A program made the position numbers and the translations under genes. A DNA stretch of 45,271 nucleotides, taken from contig JAHLWZ010000926.1 of NCBI GenBank assembly GCA_020536535.1, positions 1 to 45,271 of the forward strand. The letters are read 5' to 3'. Below are positions 1 to 12,733 of the stretch, in pieces. This DNA comes from Pelomyxa schiedti. Its lineage: Eukaryota; Protista; Evosea. A model generated the notes under the pieces. The model saw only the letters and a program-made list of their open reading frames with translations, searched no databases and was not told the origin of the DNA. Every line of letters starts with the position of its first letter. The stretch's first letter is position 1.

Positions 1-3000
1 CCGGCGGGGTGCTGGGGGTCGCCCGAAGCGCGGCGGTCGACGAGGAGGAGGAAGAGGCCGGCGGCCGCGGCGGCGGCGGCGGCGGCGGCGGGGGTGTTGG
101 TGGTGGTGTTGGTGTGATTGGGAGGGAACCACCTCCTGTGCCTACTAGGCCATGCCCAACCAAGCCCCATTTGGGGAATGTGTCACCCCCGCAGCACCCG
201 CCGCTGGTGCACCACCACCACCCGAGGATGGAACTGCAGTTGGTACCAATCCCGACGAAAACGGTTGCTGTGGAATCCCCGGCTGCCAGTGCTTCTATTA
301 CTACTACTGATATGAATATTGGCAATACTGTGACAACTCCTGTGGAACCGGTGCAAACCGCACAGCATTCTGCGGATTGCAGCAATACTTCCCTCGGCAA
401 TACTAACACTAATACTACCCCGCCGGATGCACTTGTCAAAAACTCAGAACAAAGTCAACCATCCAAAAGTAATCAGGCATCAACTGATACCGCGGCACCT
501 GTACTTGTTACTACAGGACTTGGGATAACTGGGGAGAAAAGTATTGTACCGACACCAACAGCAACACCAACAGCAACTACCACAGTGGCGCGAGAATCGC
601 CAATATGCTCTTCTACTTCCATCGAGATGAAACCGGGGTGTATTGGGCAAGACATTGGGAAAACTCCAAGCTCCAAAGAGGTAGCAACATCTTCAACTGT
701 GCCAACGGTTGGTGTAGCTGAACAGAGTATTGTCACCTCTGGTACAAAAACATCTTGCACTCCGCCGTCATCCCCAAGACAGAGTATCACTACCAACGGT
801 AATCCTTCTAAGCAGAACGATTTATCTCCAACGCAACCGGGACGAGCAGGTCCAGTGGAAAAAGTACCACAATACTCCCCAGCCAAGTTAAGTGATAACC
901 CCACAAAACCATCCGTACAAAATACACAACAACCAAAACCTGCCCCAAAACTTTCATCTATCCAACAGAGCAACTCCACTGTACTTCATCGTGCCCCTCT
1001 CTCACATACAAAATTGCAAATGTGGGAGCAACCAAATGCACAGCCACTGCAAGTCATTCCTCGCCAATACGCCCATCTCTTCTCCCACAAAACACAAGCC
1101 TCACTCCAGTCTAATCCTCCCAGAACTCAAAAACTCCAACCCTGGGCACCACCGCCCCTCCCGCGCTCCAAAGGTTTCTGGGGCAAGGAAACTCCCGCTA
1201 TTTCCCGCTCTTCTTCAGAGACAAGAGGGACTCCACTGTCACCAACTTCCACTGGGTCTATTTCCTCAGACAATTCTATTGAACAAAAATCCGGACCAAG
1301 GAGAGTCACAAGTCTCCCTGCTCCAGCAGAATCTAGCGACCCTCTGCCTACTTTGGAAAACGTAGAACCTTCAATGAAAGAATCTCCACCAACTCCCGAA
1401 GTGCTAGCAAATGTCTCCGCTTCCACAAATGAAGTACTGCAACCTGGCTCTGTGTCAACTTCTTCTGTTGTACCAACGAATGGTCACACAGATGATACAA
1501 GGTATCCCTTCTCCAATTTTGTACTCCATTTCTAAGGATACTTGTTCAGGAATACTACGGAAGTAAACAATATGTCCAATGAGCCAGTCAACAACCCTCC
1601 AAGTAATAATTTCGAGCCTTCTCCAGACCCCCAGTCTTTTGAACCTCTGCCAGCACCGACACCATTATCACATCAATTGAAGTCGTCAAGTTTATTATCA
1701 TCAAGACCAAACTTCTTGAAATTCCTCCTACCAGATCCCGTTGCCAGCTCACTTGCCGATCCTCAGCAGCTTCCTGAGGAAACCGTCGTAAACGATGGCC
1801 CAAAACTAACAAGAGCCATATCTGATCCCTTCCTGAACTCTCTGGCGTCGAGTTCTAGTAGTATTCCAACTCCACCAGCGCACGTTCTTGTGTCTACCGG
1901 GTATAGTATACACGAGAATCACTCTGGACCATCATCCAAGAGCGTCACAAAAGAAATCCTCAAGATCGCCAACCCTGTGGAAAACGTAGTTTATCCCGAA
2001 TTCTAATAGTTCGATCTTACTCCTAATAGGAGAAGTGGTATAGTAAGTATTTTCAAGAGAAAGGTACTAAAACAAAATACTTTTACGAACTTATCATTCC
2101 ACAGACCACTCGAATTTCATTGGTGAGTCTGTCAGTGACGGTTCCTTCATTGCTTCAATGACTTTTGCTTCTACTTCCTCCACAAATCCAAGTGCAAGCT
2201 GTTATAGACTTCTTATAAGAACGGCCAAGGTTATAAATCTTACCTATGTACTCTTTTTGTAACTGTTGCATAGAAAGACATTAAATCAGTTGTGGAAGTG
2301 ATAGGAAAACCGGTCATTCCGCAGAATTCAAAGCAATTAAAACAAGCTACCAAACTACTGTCTCCATCATTCAATATTCGGAAGGTGAAAAAAGTTACTA
2401 AGCAAGCAGCCAATGACTTTTTGATAAGTAAGCTGTGTCACTGGGATGACATTCATGTAAGTGTATTCTACCTAACCTTTGTCTAAATAACTTGCCACGA
2501 AGATAACCAGTCAGTCAAAAATTGGTGTTGTTTACTGCAAAGACAATCAGTCTTCCGAAGCGGAGTTCCTCAACAATGGTTAGGACCCAGTATTGAAACC
2601 CCTTCTGAGTCTTTATAGAACAAGGCAGTGATCACTTTAATGCTTTCCTTGCTTTGTTGGGTTCTAAAGTAGAACTCAAGGGATTTACTGGGTACAATGG
2701 AGGACTTGACACCCAAGGTCGAATATGGTACCTATTGGCAAGTTCCTGATACGCAAAAACAGACAACACTACGGGAACACACTCCGTGTATAAAGACTTC
2801 CAAAGCTACAATATAATGTTTCATGTCTCGACGCTGTTGCCCTACATTCCAAGTGACCCGATTCAGATACAACGGAAGAGGTATCTGGCCCAATTTCTTT
2901 TTCTACAACCAAGCATTACAGGCAGATAGGCAATGACATTGTAGTCATTTACTACCTTGACGGGAATGTAATTTTAAACCCGGCGCTGATCAAATCCGAA

Positions 3001-3857
3001 TTCAATCGTATAACCTTTTTTACTCCTGATTCCTTTCATTTATCTCTTAAAAAGATGTGTTTGTGGCCGTTTACAAGCACGAAGGAAAACTATGGTATTT
3101 TGCAATTCCGGAATTAATTTAAATATTCCGGTTTCAACCAAATTGGGCATTTACACATCCCGCAGTTGCGAAATTGCAAGCAAATACCAAGTTCCTTCAT
3201 TTCCTCCGGCAGTAGCATCCCCATGGTGCTTTGAGGATTCTTCACTCTTTCTAGAATTCCTTCTCTGCAAAGGCATTTCCCCTAACCGTTTCACTTTCCT
3301 GTTCTCACAACCACCAAGTGATAAACGCCGAGAAGTCCTGCCTATCAGCACCACCCTTCTCAGACAAGCTCCAGAGAACAAGAGCCGGCATGATTGAGCT
3401 GATATTATCCGACTTGAAAAACCCACCAAAAGTGACAGTTCCGCCACTATCACCAGTCCAAACGCAACACCTATCAGCAACAATACCAATACCGCCAAGG
3501 GCCACAACAGCACCACTATCAGCATTGGCATCAATAGCAACACCACAATCAATATCACCATCAACGGCAGCAACACAAGTTCAAACAGACACATCACCCA
3601 CAAAGCAGCAACAACACCAAAGCCAAACGATAATCAGCATTCCACAAAGGGAACCAACACCGGTACTGGTGTCACCAACACTAAGGGCACAGCAACTTAC
3701 AGGCTCAGAAGTAGTAGAACCATTGGATACACTGCTGACAGCAGAAGTCAAAGTAGGAATATCAACATCGGCAGCAGTGCATTGTATGGGAAGACACCCA
3801 CCACCACCTCCAATACCTCCTCTAAGTCGTTCTGGGGTAGTTTCCACAATGTCATAG
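1..3857 (+). CDS. Rap/Ran GTPase-activating protein (RapGAP domain) with long S/T/P-rich N-terminus; multi-exon, 5' end may lie outside the window
   Basis: Spliced exons give KIGVVYCKDNQSSEAEFLNN, FLALLGSKVELKGFTGYNGGLD, TGTHSVY, IMFHVSTLLPY, QIQRKRQIGNDIVVI (catalytic Asn thumb) and FLLCKVINAEKS; stop at 3857. Confidence 0.9.
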
Positions 3858-4004
3858 CTGTGGAGAGAGTCAATTTGTACAAATAAATGGGAAAAAAGAA
3901 AAGGTGTTGGATTGTTGTATCCTAGCTGAACAAGCAGCTTTGACATTTTTATATTAAAAACAATTTCCTTGTTTAATAGTGGTTTAGCATAGGTTATCGG
4001 AACC

Positions 4005-4553
4005 TCATTTGGAGGCAGTGAGGTTAAGACACTGGCCATCTGTAAGAACGCACTGGGTGCATCCTTTCTCAGGAGTGCAATAGCACTGGTATCCACTGCG
4101 CGGAGTTAGTTATTAAATCAAATCGGCGCTTCCAGTGTAGTGTTGAATGTGCTAATAGGGACGCATACTTCGGGCAACAGTGGGTCTGGTCTGGGCAGCA
4201 ACACGCGTCCGGCTTTGGGCAGCACATTTGAGATGGGCAGCACGTTTCCGTAGCCTCACAAGTCCCTGCCGGGCACACACTATCGCTTGCTTGTGTGGTT
4301 TGTTTCTGGTATAAAAAAATTAAAATTGGATAAAAATGAACCGGAGACTAGGGTAGGGCACGGTTACGTCGACAAGGTAACGAAAGCAACAAAAAAAAAA
4401 AGAGGGGAAAAAAAAAAGAAAAAAAAAGAAAAAAAAAGACAAGACCACTGTTGGTTCATCAGTAAGTGTATTTGTGGCCTCCGCATGGCACCCGCACAAC
4501 CACAGCGACACTAGTATAACCACGACCACCGCAACCACCCTCCCTCCCTTCAT
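4005..4553 (-). CDS. Small secreted granulin-like cysteine-rich protein (3 exons)
   Basis: Signal peptide MKGGRVVAVVVVILVSLWLCGCHA; spliced CPAGTCEATETCCPSQMCCPKPDACCCPDQTHCCPNGYQC matches granulin CC spacing; TGA at 4005-4007. Confidence 0.75.
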
Positions 4554-4886
4554 TTAACTTTAAAATTGCGAGATCAAATCTCTGGCTTCTCCTTGTGTTT
4601 GTTCCTGTCAAGAAACTTGGGGGCAGGCAACAAGTGCCATCATGTCAGACGTGGGTATGAGAATGGTGGCGGGCGTTCGCAGAGAGCAGCACTTCAGATG
4701 CAGATGTGGTGCACCTTAGTTAGCCGAACATATGTACATTCAGAAAACTTGAGTTTTCTGGGTAGAAAAGGCCGCAGAGTTTTTCCTTTTGTTCTTTCAG
4801 TTCGTTTCGTTTGTTTTTCCGTTGTGTGCTGGTGCCCTTGGGGGTTTTGTGCTGCGCCGAGGTAGAAACCGAAACTCGATTGTGGG

Positions 4887-7037
4887 ATGGCGAGGCTGTT
4901 GGTGTTTCTGTCGGTTGTTCTTTTTTTGAGCACCTCGGTCACTTGCTGGCAACAACCAGCCCAAGTTGGCGCCGTCACTGTTTTTTCGCGCGATGTTGTG
5001 TTGGCCGAATTCGACTCTATAATTGGGTGAGTTTTGTTGTTGGTTTTCGAACACTTTATACTCACTGATTTACCCTCGTTGTATGTTGATTAATTGATCT
5101 AATTTCCTCATAGGAAACACCCAAAAGTTGAACTTGGAACTGCCCTTGCAGCTATCCCCCTTGTCCAAGCCCTGATATACCCCAATGTAGTGTCCATTTT
5201 GGGTCTTCTTTATCTAACAGCAACAATATACAGTCAGAATCGGTGTCATGGAGTGGCGATCAATGTTTCAATCAGGTCACCTCTCAGCTGCAATCGGATA
5301 TGGACGGAATCACCAAAGTGGATATCACTTTCCACAAAGCGAAGACACTGGTATGAAAGAAAAATAGTCCATTACACCTAAGGTCACCTGCCAGAAACCG
5401 TGTAGAACAAAGTATTTATTCGCTTGTGGACCCATTTTCACTATTGCCGAGTTTACCTCCGTAGAAAACCAAACGTAACTGACAGTGCCATCGTCTTTTC
5501 ACTCATCCCTGGCACAGGTATTCTATTGTACTTTTAAATGAGACTAGTAGCACTGATTTCGGCAGCATTAAGCTAAATGGAGTTGGTAAGTTCCTTACAT
5601 TTTCCAATTTGTTTATTAATTCACACCCAAGGTGCCTTCTCTATGCTCACAAACAATGTTGAATGGCTTGAGGATCTTCTTGCTACAGTGCAGCTATTCC
5701 TCGGCCAAAACCAAACGGCGGTTTCTTTATCCTATTGTTTTCTATTTCCTTATGCAAGTTCCAGATTTTGGACTTCCTGTCCTATTACATGCACATACCT
5801 GAAATTCCCAGAGAGAATCTCAAGCTTGACCCATCCTATTTCCAGGCCGGTGATGTTATCACCACATGGAGACTCACGTTGTTTCCTGTTAAACCACTCG
5901 AAATTAACCGCTTCCTTCAGGAGAGCAATTGGAGCTTTTGACATGTGGGGAACCGGAGGCTACTCTTCACATTCTGCCCTTGTACTCGACCTGGATGGGT
6001 CCCTGTTTGTGGTGGAATCAACAGACCCCGTTACAGTTTCCACTCCGCTTGCTACCTGGCTGGATGGTGAAGGCCCTAACCCTGTTGGTGCATTCCGGCT
6101 GACAGAAGAGTGCGAAGCCTTTTCCTACTTTCCGGCACTCAACTTTCCCACAGGTATCAGAACAAATTCGATAACGACAAAGCGGTTGCAAGGTGGAAAG
6201 AATTGGAGGGGCTAAAATACGGCTACTCTACTTTCATATTTGGATGGATAGACACCTTGGATGTATCTTTCCTTACCATTTTGAGGTTTCTCTAAAATGT
6301 CCTTAGCAAAACTACCCCCTTCCATTTTCGGGGCCGTTCCTTTTTTGGGCCCTATCCATTGTTGACCGGATTATGCCCGCTAACTATGATCTCATATTTG
6401 GTGCTGGAATAAACCAAAGACAAAACAAGTACCGCCCGCAGTAGTATTTATCTATCTTATCTCACGCAATGTCAATAAAGCCAAGCGTGTTGTCCAAGAA
6501 AGGATTCGTGTCCTGAAGGGCACTCTGTTTGCTGGAGTTATCAAACATCCTTGGACCTGGCTACTCAGCAAGGAATATCATTCCTTGGTATGAATTTGCT
6601 CGTTGTCCCCAGAATTCTCATTCCATGCATAGAGATACTGGCTATTCCTGAACAAGATGAATGGGAATACTGCTCCGATGGTGTGTGTGCAACAGCGAGG
6701 ACTTGTAGTGCACTTGCTACTGATGTTCTCAAACACTCAGGTGTGTTTGATGGCTATGCAATCACAGCTAGTGAATTTGTCCCCCGCGATTTATACCAGT
6801 ATGCTTTCTATTACATGAATGAAATAAATACTTATAAATTGAATTAGAGTGAAGTTGTACAATACCACCAAGCAAGCTGGATGTGAGTACCTTGATCCAG
6901 AACTTAGTCACTGCCAAGTAAACGGAGAACTTAAGCTGAACCTGCCTGGGTGGAACACAATAGAACCCTATGACAACATGAACCACAAGTGCGGCTGCAT
7001 GCCCTATGATTACATCAGGCAGCCCTCGGACTGCTGA
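4887..7037 (+). CDS. Secreted permuted papain-like (NlpC/P60-type) protein resembling the uncharacterised plant At1g70160/At4g27020 family; multi-exon
   Basis: Signal peptide MARLLVFLSVVLFLSTSVTC; motifs FQAGDVI, GGYSSHSALV, LFVVES, KYGYSTFIFGWIDT, NYP, LAIPEQDEWEY, TCSAL, SEFVPRDLY, CQVNGELKLNLPGWNTIEPYDNMN (family recalled from memory). Confidence 0.75.
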
Positions 7038-7157
7038 TATGTATATTTCTAGTAAGTCATAGGTACCCACTTAGGGTTTATTTTTGGGTTTTACTTTACT
7101 TTCTTTTCTTTGGACCGATCAAACGGAATTTCGAATTGAAGTGAAAACCGTATGGTA

Positions 7158-9398
7158 TTATTCATGCTGAAGGTGGTTGTGTTCCTTCAACCACAAACGA
7201 GTGGCAAGAGAGAAGTGGTAGTCTGCTGTACTGGAACAGAAGGCAACAATATCATCCATTGTCAGTTGCGGGAACCTCTTTAAGGAAACCTGTGCAATGA
7301 CCGGTGACTTACACACAAGCGGAAGGAATCTCTCCTTGATCATGTCTGCTGTGAGCCCTGGGAACACCTGTAGTATCATTTTCCATGTGAACAAGTCAAT
7401 CCAGTTCTGTGATTCCTTTTCCCACTTGAGGTGCAAGAACTGATACAAAAAAGTGTAAGAGATTTGCATTTCATCGAAAGGATGAGGGTGAAGGAAGGGG
7501 GGTTGTAGTACCTCATCAAGTGTGATGTGGAACTTGTTGATGAGCCACTCCACACAACTCCCTTGACCCCACTTTATCAGTTTGAATAGCATCTTGTCAA
7601 GTGCGATGTGTTGTCGTTCAAGCTGGAAGTGGTTGATGAGCCACTTGGCTACCTTGGTGGATTTCACTTCAGCAGAATCGACCAGGCACTTTGCAACAGA
7701 CTCTTTTGACAGCTCGCCCATGGAAATGATCTCTTTCGCTGTTGAGATATGTCCACCTAACACGCAGCGATACAGAAAGCGTTCCAGAAGTTGATTCCTC
7801 TTTGGATCTGAGATGTGGAAGTGTTCCAAGAGAAGCATTGCAGCCTGGAACGCTGCCTTGTCCAACAGAAGCTCAATGCAATTCACAATCACTGCCTCAT
7901 CCACACCTTTCGTTGTTGAGGTGTGATTCAGAAACCATGCCATTCCCCCCGCTTTGGATTCATAGTACCCTATTTTCTTGCAAAGTGTGACAAGAATGGA
8001 ACTTGAGCTGAAGTTGCCGTTGGAGCTGAGCCGATTCAAGATGTGAAAGGTTTCATCCAACCACGATGCAATTGAGGTGTTGTTGTGGGCCAAAGAACTG
8101 CTGAACGAATCACAGATATCCTCTGGTGAAAGTGGCACCCTTGTTGACAACCACTTGGCAGTCTGTGTGTTGTCTTCGGAATTGTTGCAGGCTGAGCAGA
8201 ACATCAACGGTGTTGGTGTGAAAGACCGCTCCTCCACAAGCCACTGACAAAACTGAACACCTTCTGATTCTGCACAGAGTATCTCCAAGTTTTCCTTTGT
8301 TGGGGTGCCAAATGAATGGTAGTTGGCAGAGAGTGCCCACTTCAGAACATCCAGATTGTTGATGAAAGCAAACGAGGGGTCGGGGGCACCATGACGTAAG
8401 GAGGTTGAAATTCGCCACTTGATGAACTTGCACACCTCAACACTCTTGCTTGATTTTCCCACCAAGCTCTGATGGATTGCGTGGAATGGAATGTTAGCCA
8501 CTGGAAATGTTCCCAAGCACCATTTCACAACTTCCAGGTTCTCACTCTTGCATGCCTCTTTGTGGAGATCGGACCAACGGCGACCGCCCTTGAACTTTGG
8601 AGCCAAATGAAAAGTGTTCACCAACCACTGAGCCAGTTCCAAGTGGCCACCTGAAACAGCCCCAGAAAGTGGCGCAGCAAGGTCCCAAGGGTCCTTCATC
8701 AAGAACCTCTCAATGACCCACTTCGCCACTTCCACGTGGCCCTTCTCACACACTCCTTTGAGCAAGTCCGAAGCCCTCACATGGTCAACCAGCCCGCTAT
8801 CACCCACCACCCAATCATCATCCCCATCACGGTCAACACCACCATCCTGCCACACCAACCCAAGACCTGCTGCCCAGTCACCACCACAACCACCATCACC
8901 ACCATCACCATGGTCACCGCCATCAGGATCCACGAGGGACCGAGCCATCCCCAAGTGGCCACCAACACACAGCCCCTCCAGCACCCGCATAAACGCCTTG
9001 TTCCCCCTCCTCCTCAGGATCCTCCTCGTCCCACCTGGCCCAACACCAGCCCTCCTCCTGCTCCTCAGCAGCCAGCCCACGCACAGCCTGCTCCCTGCCT
9101 CGGCGGCCCACCCGACGGCCAGGCTCCAGTGCTCCCAGTTGGCCAGGACCGACGAGCACGCGCGCCCGACGAGGGGGAACATCGCCTCCGCGATGGTGAA
9201 CAGCGAGATGGCGTGATCGACGCCGACGGCGGTTAGGGTGGTGCCGAGCCTGTAGCTCTGGGCCGGGGCGCGGAGGAGGAGCGGGGCGGGGAGCAGCCAG
9301 GGGAGCACCCACTCCCACACAACCATCGACGTGGAAACCGCTCGCGAGACAGAGGCGGCGCGCGTCGTGGCCGAGCCGTGCAGTGGCACTACACGCAT
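7158..9398 (-). CDS. Intronless ankyrin-like helical repeat protein (746 aa), lineage-expanded family
   Basis: Single long ORF with degenerate ankyrin-like units (CEKGHVEVAKWV, AVSGGHLELAQWL, ACKSENLEVVKWCL, LAHNNTSIASWL). Confidence 0.75.
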   Translation of the reverse strand: MRVVPLHGSATTRAASVSRAVSTSMVVWEWVLPWLLPAPLLLRAPAQSYRLGTTLTAVGVDHAISLFTIAEAMFPLVGRACSSVLANWEHWSLAVGWAAEAGSRLCVGWLLRSRRRAGVGPGGTRRILRRRGNKAFMRVLEGLCVGGHLGMARSLVDPDGGDHGDGGDGGCGGDWAAGLGLVWQDGGVDRDGDDDWVVGDSGLVDHVRASDLLKGVCEKGHVEVAKWVIERFLMKDPWDLAAPLSGAVSGGHLELAQWLVNTFHLAPKFKGGRRWSDLHKEACKSENLEVVKWCLGTFPVANIPFHAIHQSLVGKSSKSVEVCKFIKWRISTSLRHGAPDPSFAFINNLDVLKWALSANYHSFGTPTKENLEILCAESEGVQFCQWLVEERSFTPTPLMFCSACNNSEDNTQTAKWLSTRVPLSPEDICDSFSSSLAHNNTSIASWLDETFHILNRLSSNGNFSSSSILVTLCKKIGYYESKAGGMAWFLNHTSTTKGVDEAVIVNCIELLLDKAAFQAAMLLLEHFHISDPKRNQLLERFLYRCVLGGHISTAKEIISMGELSKESVAKCLVDSAEVKSTKVAKWLINHFQLERQHIALDKMLFKLIKWGQGSCVEWLINKFHITLDEVLQPPFLHPHPFDEMQISYTFLYQFLHLKWEKESQNWIDLFTWKMILQVFPGLTADMIKERFLPLVCKSPVIAQVSLKRFPQLTMDDIVAFCSSTADYHFSLATRLWLKEHNHLQHE

Positions 9399-9770
9399 GT
9401 GTGTGTGCCGGAGTTAGAGGGAATAATCATGTTGGTGGGAAAGAAAGATAGTAATAGTACGATGTTCTGGATGGTTCATGGTAGGTTTGTTGATCTTCGA
9501 AGGTAGGTAACGAAAGATTCTGATCTGATGATCAAGGAGAATCCCCAGGAATTGGCAGACCCATCCGGGATTAGCAAAGGCATCTGGCCCTGAAGTGACA
9601 TGTGAGTACTGAAAGAGACACAGCACCATCAATCAACCATCACAATTTGCGACGAAACATCGCATTCTTCGCTGCGAAGACCCACAAGTGCGTGCCAACC
9701 CCAAAAGTGCAGCTGAATTTCAAACAAATTAAACAAAAGTTCAACACGCTGGTCTAGCTACGTCCCCATA

Positions 9771-11037
9771 ATGATGAGGAGTGCATTGTTGCTGGTGGTG
9801 GTAGTTGGTCTTGGGTGCGTTTGCGGGTGGGGGCCAGTCACGCACCAGTCCCTGACGTATTCTGAGGGCCAGTACGAGTTCCTGATAGAGTACCCCTTCC
9901 AACTGGGGTCGTATGCACCTGATGCGCTCACTACATATTCCTATACCTGGCACAGCCTCGGTCTTTCTTTCCTTCTTTTTCTTTTTTCTTTTTTCTTTTT
10001 TCTTTTTTCTTTTTTCTTTTTTCTTTTTTCTTTTTTCTTTTTTCTTTTTTCTTTTTTCTTTTTTCTTTTTCTTTTTTCTTTTTTCTTTTTTCTTTTTCTT
10101 TTTTCTTTTTTCTTTTTTCTTTTTTGGTTCCTTTTTTTGGAAAATAACGAGAAAAAATTATTAATAACTCGTTCAGAATATGCTGGGTATCAGCTTTTAT
10201 TTGCTGCTTCAGTGTATAATAGCACCGACATTGACTTTGACCCAATTGCTTACTCAATGGGTTACGGCACCCATTTGGCAAATGATTACGTAGGATTCCA
10301 TGATGGCGGGTATGCAAATGAATAAATTAATTGAACCGGGAAACTAACCCACTTTAGTTGGCTCCTGGCCTCTTTTAGTGATGTCTTCCTGTCAGTAGAT
10401 ACCTATGAGTACCTGAATACTCCCCAGCTTGAGTACCGGTACTATGCACCATATGTAGACCAAATTGCCGACTTTGTCTCCAAGGTGAGCTATTCTGTCC
10501 TTTCTGTGTACATTATGCTCAACTGCTGTCTCACAGTCCACGGAGTATTACGCACAGTCCCATCCAGGAACTGTGCCCCTTTCAGCTTCTGAGGTGAGGA
10601 TGGCGTGCAATCTGTATGACAAGTACTCAAAAATCTTTTTAGCAAACGTTACTGCGAATACAGAGTAATTTCCCCTTCTCACAATTTACTCTTCAATAGC
10701 CTTGTAGTTACAATATATTATGTTTATAATTATATGCAATTAACATCTCATGAAATTGTGAAACCACGCTGTACTGTTATGTGACCTTACCTGTGACAGC
10801 TATCAGAATATACTCATTGCGGCCGACCCATACAATCCTGCCAACTGGGCTGAGTGTGAAGAACAACTCAAAATGCAACTCGAGTGCTGTGCCCTCGTAG
10901 CCGACTTCTGGATGAATGGCACCCTTCTCAAAGTGGGCCCAGAAGAGCTGAAGAACAAAACGCAGGAATACACGGACTCCCTCTATGCCTCTGGAGTCTG
11001 TGCCCCACTCCCACAAAGCGCTCCCGCCGCACTATAA
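9771..11037 (+). CDS. Secreted zinc-dependent phospholipase C / S1-P1-like fold protein; multi-exon
   Basis: Signal peptide followed by mature N-terminal WGPVTH, LGSYAPD, WHS and YSMGYGTHLANDYVGFH metal-ligand motifs; last exon ends CAPLPQSAPAAL* at 11037. Confidence 0.75.
9962..10140. repeat. Polypyrimidine (T5-6C)n microsatellite inside intron 1 of the phospholipase-like gene
   Basis: About 180 nt of tandem ttttt(t)c units after the GT donor at ~9961. Confidence 0.9.
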
Positions 11038-11519
11038 ATTATTGCTGTCACCCGTTGTGGTGGCAACCAACACAACAAAGCTTCTCTCCATACAAAAGCC
11101 TTTTTTGGAGGGATGACCAATTTCAGGTACGCAGGCTGGAGATCGGAGTGCGGAATTCCCTGAAGGACAAAGTGCCAGGCACAATCTAGAAGCTGGAGAA
11201 AGACTAAAACGACAAACCCGAAGAACAGATGAAAACTGCACAACCCCCAGACAGGTTGGCTGGAAACAAACAACAATTCGCACTACCGTAAAAGGTAACC
11301 CGAGGCCGTGATCAAGGATAAGGCAAAGTCGCAACCCGACAATACCAGAAAGACTAATTTCTGATCACTTTCCCTTGTTAAGTATGTAACGAATTTCAAT
11401 CGCTGTGCCCTTTTAGTCCTGCTTCTCCCAAACCGAAAACACACAGAAAATTAAAAAAAAAAGCAAGACCAACACAAACACAACACGGCTGCCGCAGCCT
11501 CTGTACTCGAAAACACAAG

Positions 11520-12583
11520 ATGAGGAGAAGTGAAAGTCATTACAGCTGCCTGGCGTCGCATTGTGGGATTGAAAGCGCCACTCTGTTGCCTCCTACATTC
11601 CCACTAAACTTTTGGTTCGACCCGAGCTCCCATAAGTACGTCCCTTACCGACGACCGGTGCCCGACATGATCATGAAAGGACTTTTCATTGGCGACGAAG
11701 CGAACGCCTACGACAAAGCGGTGCGCATCACTCGAATATTCTGATTAAATTTTTCTCATACGAACTCTCATTTAGCTTCTGAGAGAAATTGGGATCACAC
11801 ACGTACTGAGTGTGTTTGAGGTTCCTGATCTAGACCTTCACACTTCTCAGTTCGATTCCAACATGACGCTCGAAACCATCCAGTGAGTTCTTTCCCTTAC
11901 TTGAAAATGTACCCCGAATTCTAACCACTGCCCATCACAGTGTCAGTGATGAGCCCAATTCTGACATTGGGAGCCACTTCCCCCGCGCCATTGAGTTCAT
12001 ATCCACAGCACTTGCCGACAAGCAGACGCCCAACAACGTCCTGGTACACTGTGTATGGGGAATGAGCCGAAGCTGCACCGTCGTGGTTGCCTATCTCATG
12101 TACGCTATGTGCATGGACTGGCTGATGGCCCTGAGGTGCGTCCAGCACTGCAGGCCAATAGCCATCCCCAACGTGGGATTCGCCGAACAGCTCGTCAGCT
12201 TTGGCAGGCACCTGGACTTGGCCAGGCAAATATTACACAATGAGGACACAGGCAACAACAAGGCATCTGCTGTAAGCAGCAGAACCGGAAACTCATGCTG
12301 CAGAACCTCACAGAATGGTGAGATATCAGCGAGAGTTACACCACAGCAATCACTATCACATCCACGGCAACACACTCCACAACAACTACAACACACCAAG
12401 AACACTTGCCTTGCATTTCCGGCACCGGGATCAGCTGTACACACAGTAGTTCCGGAGCAGCCACTGCAACAAATGCCGGTCGAGAGCAGTAGCAGTACTG
12501 ATGCACTTATTCACAAGGCCTTTCTGCAAATAAGACAACAAAGGCATATGCAAATAATACTGCAGCAGTTTTCAGCATACTGA
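11520..12583 (+). CDS. Dual-specificity protein phosphatase (3 exons)
   Basis: GLFIGDEANA, GITHVLSV, SDEPNSDIGSHF, active site VLVHCVWGMSRS, AYLM, RPIAIPNVGFAEQL. Confidence 0.9.
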
Positions 12584-12733
12584 GCTAGGGAGTAGTTTTG
12601 GGTTTTTTGTTAAAGTATAGTAAAAACAAGAAATTAGTTTATTTCTCAAATAAATGAGTTTATTACTCCCTTTTCATAAAGATACAACATAAAGAAAGAC
12701 ATAAGAAGGTTGTACAACGAGCCGGATGGTGTC

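Noticed and set aside
1502-1549. U12-type intron (GTATCCCTT donor)
   Set aside because: Imperfect match to GTATCCTTT and no TCCTTAAC branch site; no AT-AC introns found in the genes I assembled
9913-10317. Phe-rich and Lys-rich ORFs
   Set aside because: Translations of an intronic polypyrimidine microsatellite
11130-11385. U1 snRNA on the minus strand (ATACTTAAC..., GATCA, GCACTCCG)
   Set aside because: The 5' end is ATACTTAAC, not ATACTTACC; motif spacing is too long; no Sm site with terminal stem
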